Shown in pieces: positions 58,478 through 64,000 of a stretch of DNA of 64,000 nt. The stretch covers positions 128,001 through 192,000 of the forward strand of contig CAWKMU010000004.1 of NCBI GenBank assembly GCA_963850905.1. The letters run 5' to 3'. Numbering within the stretch: the first letter of the stretch is position 1; each line of letters starts with the position of its first letter. The notes under the pieces are model-generated. The model saw only the letters and a program-made list of their open reading frames with translations, had not been told where the DNA came from and did no database searches. The position numbers and the translations under genes were made by a program. This DNA is from an uncultured Gemmatimonadales bacterium. Its GTDB lineage: Bacteria; Gemmatimonadota; Gemmatimonadetes; Gemmatimonadales; Gemmatimonadaceae.

Positions 58478-59296
58478 TTACCGTCGCACAGGACGCGTCG
58501 GCGTGTTGCTGTCCAGGGTGGCCGGGCTCTCCCCAGTCGGCGTGTCCGCGCACGCGTCATCGGCCGACAGAACCTGTACGACGACAGCCGTGATGTTGTC
58601 GAGGCCGCCCCGTCCATTCGCCTCGTTGATCAACGCATCCACCAGGCGCCCTGGCGATGCGCGGGACGTCAGCAGGGTTTGCAGACGCGCGTCATCCACC
58701 ATCCCCGTCAGACCATCGCTGGCTACCAGAAATACGTCGCCAGCCTGCACGACGCCGTTGTAGGTGTCCGGCTCGACCTCCCGGCTGGCCCCGACGCAAC
58801 GGGTGATGACGTTGCTGTAGGGGTGAAACCTGGCCTGCTCCGGCGTGATGTACCCTGCGTCCACCTGCTCTTGGACGTAGGAGTGGTCCTTGGTCAGCTG
58901 CTCCAGGACCCCATTTCGCGCACGGTAGACGCGGGAGTCGCCCACCTGCCCGATCAGGTACCGCGACCCCAGGAGCAGCAGCACCGAGGCGGTCGTGCCC
59001 ATGCCTTGCTTGTCGAGCTCGGCCAACGTGCGCTCGAAAATCGCCCGATTGGCATCGCGCAGCGCGGTCTTGAGTGCGGCCTCCCCATCTGGCGCTGCGA
59101 CGTCCCGGAGCCGAGCTAGCTCACGCGTGACGATGCGAACGGCCATGTCGCTCGCGATCTCACCGGCCGCGTGTCCACCCATGCCATCAGCGACCATGAA
59201 CACGCCCCGAAAGGCGTTGGCATCGGCAAAGACACTGTCTTCGTTGCCGGAACGAATCATCCCCACATCGCTGCGGGAGGCGTAGGTCAGATGCAC
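58478..59296 (-). CDS. PP2C-family Ser/Thr phosphatase (Stp1/PrpC-like)
   Basis: SDVGMIRSGNED, VADGMGGH, MGTT, VGDSR, DHS, SDGL, GGLDNIT. Confidence 0.96.
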   Translation of the reverse strand: MHLTYASRSDVGMIRSGNEDSVFADANAFRGVFMVADGMGGHAAGEIASDMAVRIVTRELARLRDVAAPDGEAALKTALRDANRAIFERTLAELDKQGMGTTASVLLLLGSRYLIGQVGDSRVYRARNGVLEQLTKDHSYVQEQVDAGYITPEQARFHPYSNVITRCVGASREVEPDTYNGVVQAGDVFLVASDGLTGMVDDARLQTLLTSRASPGRLVDALINEANGRGGLDNITAVVVQVLSADDACADTPTGESPATLDSNTPTRPVRR

Positions 59297-60756
59297 TACC
59301 GCACCTTCGTGAAATAGAACGTCGCTACTGCGGCTACAGCCGCCGCTACCAGGAGGACCCAGCCCCACGGAGTTCGGGATTGCGATGAAGTGCCGCTCGG
59401 CCTTCCCTCCCCGGCGCGCGCAGCGATCGATGCGTCGCGACGGGCGGGTTGCGCAGCACCGCCACGCCCTTGCGCCGAAGCCGCCGCGCGCTCCCCTACC
59501 ACCGCCGCCGGGCGCGGAGCGGGCGGTGCACGCCGCGGGGGTTCGGGGAGCGCTGCGCCGGCCAGTTCGCGCGTCGCACCCCTCGGCCCAGTTGCGGGCT
59601 CGGTCACGACGGCCTCGAACGAGAGTTTGACGCCACCCAGCCGAATCTCGGCAGTCTGGCCCAATCGTTCCTCGGCCGCGATCCGTCGGCCGGCGACGTA
59701 CGTGCCGTTGGTCGATCCCACGTCAGTGACATACCACACGCCATCCCGGCGTTGGAGCTTCGCGTGCGAGTCGGAGATGCTCTCCTCAGGTACGATGACG
59801 TCGTTGTGCTCTCCGCGCCCGAGGTGGGCCAGGATCGATTTCACAGGATAGATCTCGCCTTTGAGGACGCCCGCACTCACGACCACGAGCGTCGCGATGG
59901 CGCCGCGCGGCGCGCGCGACGGAGCGGCCGCAGCCTCGGCCTCGCCCGGCTCACCGGCTGCCTCGGCTTCCTTAATAGGTGGCGGACTGACCGCCCGCTC
60001 GCCAGCGGCCGCGGGTCCCACAGGCGGAGACGACGGCGCCGGAGCGCTCTTGGCGGGCCCAACGGGAGCCGGCGGTGATGCAACAGCCTCAGGAGCCGCC
60101 GCGTCAGCATAGAACCGAAACTCCTCGGGGCCGATGCGAAGGATGTCGGCCCGTCCCAAGATCTGCATTCCCTCGACGCGTTCCCCGTTCACGAACAGGC
60201 CATTCGTGCTGTTGTCTGTCACGACATATCCCGCATCGCCCGCCACGATCTCGGCATGCCGCCGAGAGACTTCGGACGACGCAATCACGACGTCGCAGCT
60301 GGCATCACGACCAAACACCAACCCCGCACCGACGGTGTATTCGCGGCCATCGACCAGCGAGATCACCCGACCACCGGTGATGGCCGTCGCACGCGGGGGC
60401 ACCGCCACGCGAAGACGGGCCATGTCGGGCACGTTGGCCGCCGTGATGAACTGCGTGCTGCCCCCTTTCCGATCGTCTCCGTAATACAACTCGGTGCCGG
60501 CAACTTCGATCTTGTCGCCGTGCAGCAAAGGCGTCGGCTCAGCGCCCAGCAAGACGCCGTTGACGCGCACCATGGCGTCGGCGGTCGCGCGACGGACGGC
60601 GACGTGGTTGTCGCGTCCGACTTCGACGATCGCCAACAACGGCCCCGCCCCTGTCGTGGGCCCCGGGAGCCGGACCTCCACCTGGCCGCCGACACCAATG
60701 CGGGTCTCGCCGGGTCGGAGCTGTACCTGTTTATCGTTGATCTGGAGGTACGGCAT
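59296..60756 (-). CDS. Multi-FHA-domain protein with C-terminal membrane anchor
   Basis: Degenerate first FHA; FGR..SRRHA..STNG; LGR..SDSHA..STNGT; Pro/Ala linkers; C-terminal TM. Confidence 0.92.
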   Translation of the reverse strand: MPYLQINDKQVQLRPGETRIGVGGQVEVRLPGPTTGAGPLLAIVEVGRDNHVAVRRATADAMVRVNGVLLGAEPTPLLHGDKIEVAGTELYYGDDRKGGSTQFITAANVPDMARLRVAVPPRATAITGGRVISLVDGREYTVGAGLVFGRDASCDVVIASSEVSRRHAEIVAGDAGYVVTDNSTNGLFVNGERVEGMQILGRADILRIGPEEFRFYADAAAPEAVASPPAPVGPAKSAPAPSSPPVGPAAAGERAVSPPPIKEAEAAGEPGEAEAAAAPSRAPRGAIATLVVVSAGVLKGEIYPVKSILAHLGRGEHNDVIVPEESISDSHAKLQRRDGVWYVTDVGSTNGTYVAGRRIAAEERLGQTAEIRLGGVKLSFEAVVTEPATGPRGATRELAGAALPEPPRRAPPAPRPAAVVGERAAASAQGRGGAAQPARRDASIAARAGEGRPSGTSSQSRTPWGWVLLVAAAVAAVATFYFTKVR

Positions 60757-60832
60757 CACGGGTTTCGGTTAAGACGGCAAAGGTACGAGTGACTGCCGGG
60801 GCTGGCAAGGAAGCGAGAGCGAGCTGTTTCGC

Positions 60833-62722
60833 TTACAGTGCCGCCGCCGGCTCGCCAACTTGCAGCCGATACAAGTGCTCATAAGCGCCGCCAAGCGCAA
60901 GAAGCTCGCGGTGGGTGCCGCGCTCTCGGACCTCGCCGTGCTGCATGACGAGAATCTCGTCGGCGTCGACAATGGTGCTGAGGCGATGGGCAACGGCGAT
61001 CGTCGTCCGTCCCTCCATCAAGGTCCGCAAGGCGGTCTGAATCTCGGCTTCGATCTCGCTGTCGATGGCACTGGTCGCCTCGTCGAGAATCAAGAGCGAA
61101 GGGTTGGCAGCGATGGCACGCGCAAACGCGAGCAACTGACGCTCGCCGACGCTGATCGACGCACCCCGCTCGCCCAGCAAGTACCGGTATCCCCCAGGTA
61201 GGCGTTCGACGATCGGGCCGGCGCCGACACGCTCAGCGGCACGCGCGACGTCGGCATCTGACAGCGGGCTGGAGAGCCGGATGTTGCTCGCCACATCGCC
61301 CGCGAACAGAAAGATGTCCTGCTGCACGTAGCCAATCCGGCCACGAAGGTCCGAGAGCGAGAGCTCCCGGATGTCCACACCGTCGAGCGTGATTCGCCCA
61401 CGTTGCGGATCGTAGAATCGCATCAAGAGGCTCACAACCGTCGTCTTGCCTGCGCCCGTATGGCCAACGAGCGCGACGGTCTCACCGGGCGCTGCCCGGA
61501 AGCTCACCCCTTTGAGCACCCACTCCGGCTCGCCTGGCGTTTGGCCGTCAGCCGCGAGATGCGCGACGTCATATGCGAACCAGACATCCTCGAAGGCAAC
61601 GGTTACACCCCGCACTGCCCCACCGCCTCCGCGGTCGATTGTCATCGCGGGAGGGGCGCGACGCACCGCCGCGGTCCCGTCTGGCGGTGCCGATGCGTCG
61701 CCGGCCAAGCCTTCCGGCTCGTCCAACAGTCGAAACACGCGCTCCGACGCCGCCATCGCCTGCTGTAAGATGTTGTACTTGTCCGAAAGGTCCTGCAACG
61801 GTTGAAAAAACCGGCGTACGAGCAGCAGGAACGCGGCGACCGTGCCGACGGTGAGCGAACCGGCGGATGCGCGCGCCGCCCCGGTAACGAGCAGGCTGGC
61901 GAGGGCAATCGAGGTGAGGACTTCGATTGCCGGAAAGTACAGCGCGTAATACGTGATCGACTGGAGATTCGCGTCCAGGTGGGCACGATTGAGCGCGTCG
62001 AACCGGACGGCCTCGCTGTCCTCGCGCCCGAAGAGCTGCACGATGCGCACGCCCGTGAGTCGTTCCTGCAGGAACGCGTTGATCCGCGCGAGCCGAGTGC
62101 GGATATCGCGATAGGACCGGCGGACGTTGATGCGAAAGAGGTGCGACGTCAGAACGACCAGCGGAATCACTGCGAACGCAGCAAGCGCCAGCCGCCAGTC
62201 CATGACCACCATCAGCACCGCGATCGCCAGCAGCGTGAAAAGGTCTCCGAGCCCGGCGACGACTCCCGACGTGAACAACTCGTTCAATGCTTCGATGTCG
62301 GACGTGACGCGGGTCATCAGCCGGCCCACGGGATTGCGATCGAAGAACGCGATCGGGAGCCGCTGCAAGTGACCGAAGAGCTGGAGTCGGAGATCGCGGA
62401 TCACCCGCTGACCGAGCAAACTGGTCAGCATGGTTTCGCCATATTGGCATCCGAACTGGATCACCAAGGTCACCGCGAACAACTCGGCGGCGTGCGCGAT
62501 GGCCGCCCCATCGTGGGCTGGGAGCGCCACGTCGATCACGCGGCGGGTCAGGATTGGCGGGACGAGTTGTAGCCCGGCGTCGACAGACAACAAAGCCACG
62601 GCTGCGGCCACCAGCAGCCAATACGGGCGCACATACGTAGCGAGTCGCCGCGTCAGCCGCGCATCGTACGCTTTGCCCAGAACCTCTTCGTCGTGTATCC
62701 CGCCGCCGGGCCCATCAGCCAT
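60833..62722 (-). CDS. ABC transporter, fused permease/ATPase (MdlB/MsbA-like)
   Basis: Six TM plus [28 protein letters not shown]. Confidence 0.95.
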   Translation of the reverse strand: MADGPGGGIHDEEVLGKAYDARLTRRLATYVRPYWLLVAAAVALLSVDAGLQLVPPILTRRVIDVALPAHDGAAIAHAAELFAVTLVIQFGCQYGETMLTSLLGQRVIRDLRLQLFGHLQRLPIAFFDRNPVGRLMTRVTSDIEALNELFTSGVVAGLGDLFTLLAIAVLMVVMDWRLALAAFAVIPLVVLTSHLFRINVRRSYRDIRTRLARINAFLQERLTGVRIVQLFGREDSEAVRFDALNRAHLDANLQSITYYALYFPAIEVLTSIALASLLVTGAARASAGSLTVGTVAAFLLLVRRFFQPLQDLSDKYNILQQAMAASERVFRLLDEPEGLAGDASAPPDGTAAVRRAPPAMTIDRGGGGAVRGVTVAFEDVWFAYDVAHLAADGQTPGEPEWVLKGVSFRAAPGETVALVGHTGAGKTTVVSLLMRFYDPQRGRITLDGVDIRELSLSDLRGRIGYVQQDIFLFAGDVASNIRLSSPLSDADVARAAERVGAGPIVERLPGGYRYLLGERGASISVGERQLLAFARAIAANPSLLILDEATSAIDSEIEAEIQTALRTLMEGRTTIAVAHRLSTIVDADEILVMQHGEVRERGTHRELLALGGAYEHLYRLQVGEPAAAL

Positions 62723-62840
62723 GTAGGGCGAAGGCTAACGCCCGCGAAACCACCACGGGAGGGACGCGTTTCTTGACGTGGATTTCGCGCGCGGCCATCC
62801 TCCTCGCCGCAGCAACTCGCTTCACCAAGGGACGTGCCTC

Positions 62841-63173
62841 GTGCCATTGTGGCTCCGCTGGATTGTGCTCGGGCTGCTCGCCGGAGGACTCGCCAAGTAT
62901 CTCATGCCCGGACGGGACCCGTCCGGTTGCATCGTGACGACCGCGCTTGGGATCCTCGGCGCGCTCATCGGCGGCCTGATTGGCACCCGACTGGGGCGGG
63001 GGCCGGTGACGGCCGAACGATTCGATGTGTGGTCGCTCGCCCTCGCGACCCTCGGCGCCGTCGTCATCCTGGTGATCGGCCGTCTCGTGAAACGCTTCAC
63101 GGCACGGTCGCGCCGCGGCACATCGTATTCCGGCTGGAGCGACGATCGATCTGACCGGTCCCCACCCGGCTAG
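62841..63173 (+). CDS. GlsB/YeaQ/YmgE (transglycosylase-associated) membrane protein
   Basis: [32 protein letters not shown]. Confidence 0.9.
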   Translation: MPLWLRWIVLGLLAGGLAKYLMPGRDPSGCIVTTALGILGALIGGLIGTRLGRGPVTAERFDVWSLALATLGAVVILVIGRLVKRFTARSRRGTSYSGWSDDRSDRSPPG

Positions 63174-63183
63174 CTTTCGATCT

Positions 63184-64000
63184 GTGAAGGACCGGTTGAT
63201 CGTCCGCGGCGCGCGCCAGCACAACTTGAAGAACTTCGACCTCGAGATTCCGCGACGGACGTTCACGGTCATCACGGGTCCGTCGGGCTCCGGGAAGTCG
63301 TCGCTGGCGTTCGACACGATTTACGCCGAGGGCCAGCGACGCTATGTGGAATCGCTGTCCGCCTATGCGCGGCAGTTCCTCGAGCGGATGGAAAAGCCCG
63401 ACGTCGACGCGGTCGAGGGCCTCTCACCCGCCGTGGCGATCGAACAAAAAAATCCCACGAAAACGTCACGCTCGACTGTCGGGACGGCCACCGAGATCTA
63501 CGATTATCTGCGTCTCCTCTGGAGTCGCATCGGTCACACGTTCTGTCCGCTGTGCGGCCGGCAGATGCGCCCGGACACGGTCCAGTCGGTGACCGACGCC
63601 GTGCTCGCGCTCCCCGACAACACTCGGATCGCCGTCGCCTTTCCGCTACACCTGTCCGCGGCCGTCACTCATGAGCTAGCAGTCGAGAACCTCAACGCGC
63701 AGGGGTTCGTGCGGGTGAGCGTGGGCGGCGTGATCCGATCGCTCGAAGATCTGGCAGGGGCCGGCGTCGATCTCGCTGCCGTCCCCGACCCGCTCGTCGT
63801 GGTCGACCGGTTGACCATCCACCCCGATATCGGCGGGCGTCTCGCGGATGCGATTGGCACGGCGTTCCGGGAGGGTGACGGCGACTGCGTGATCTTGTTG
63901 CCTGAACCGCTCGAGGTCGACGGCCGCACCACGGGCCGTCTCAACTTCACGGAACGCTTCGAGTGCCCCAACGATGGCACGCGGGCACCGAGCCCCACGC
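63184..64000 (+). CDS. uvrA: Excinuclease ABC subunit A, partial (runs off window)
   Basis: Own translation from GTG 63184: [58 protein letters not shown]. Confidence 0.96.
   Translation, partial: MKDRLIVRGARQHNLKNFDLEIPRRTFTVITGPSGSGKSSLAFDTIYAEGQRRYVESLSAYARQFLERMEKPDVDAVEGLSPAVAIEQKNPTKTSRSTVGTATEIYDYLRLLWSRIGHTFCPLCGRQMRPDTVQSVTDAVLALPDNTRIAVAFPLHLSAAVTHELAVENLNAQGFVRVSVGGVIRSLEDLAGAGVDLAAVPDPLVVVDRLTIHPDIGGRLADAIGTAFREGDGDCVILLPEPLEVDGRTTGRLNFTERFECPNDGTRAPSPT

Noticed and set aside
62723..62743. GTAGGGCG...CGCCC as a second REP
   Set aside because: Stem is only ~5 bp and is better explained as the leader region with the TAGCCT box of the ABC gene.

Overview
GC-rich bacterial chromosome segment. 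Gene content and protein style suggest Gemmatimonadota (FCB group); this is an inference. Most of the window is housekeeping and signalling genes: spoIID-like, hemL, rimO, yajQ, a region-1.1-less sigma70, lepB, aldehyde dehydrogenase, two sigma54 activators, larE, comM/yifB, a tandem Ser/Thr kinase, a very large sensor kinase, a TolC/MacAB-type exporter with bshB1, thrC, iscS-mnmA, dnaJ-grpE, cinA-pgsA, mglBA, recR-ybaB-dnaX, SRP RNA, fba, pyk, tal, PP2C/FHA, an ABC transporter and a partial uvrA. Several conserved genes (hemL, rimO, tolC and its adaptor, mglA, an acyltransferase) are broken by single-base indels that look like assembly errors. Unusual structure: (1) a ~3.4 kb integrase-less island at the comM 5' end, flanked by ~323-bp direct repeats differing mostly at synonymous sites and encoding a Gly-rich protein ending in five Met-initiated 17-aa repeats; (2) four dispersed ~90-110 bp hairpin elements whose arms are inverted 7-mer tandem repeats; (3) a recurring TAnnTT box 6-9 nt before many start codons (apparent leaderless genes), alongside a Bacteroidota-type sigma factor; (4) a HisKA/DHp-like segment in frame with a sigma54 activator; plus smaller oddities. 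All counts and alignments were done by eye; no database searches were run.
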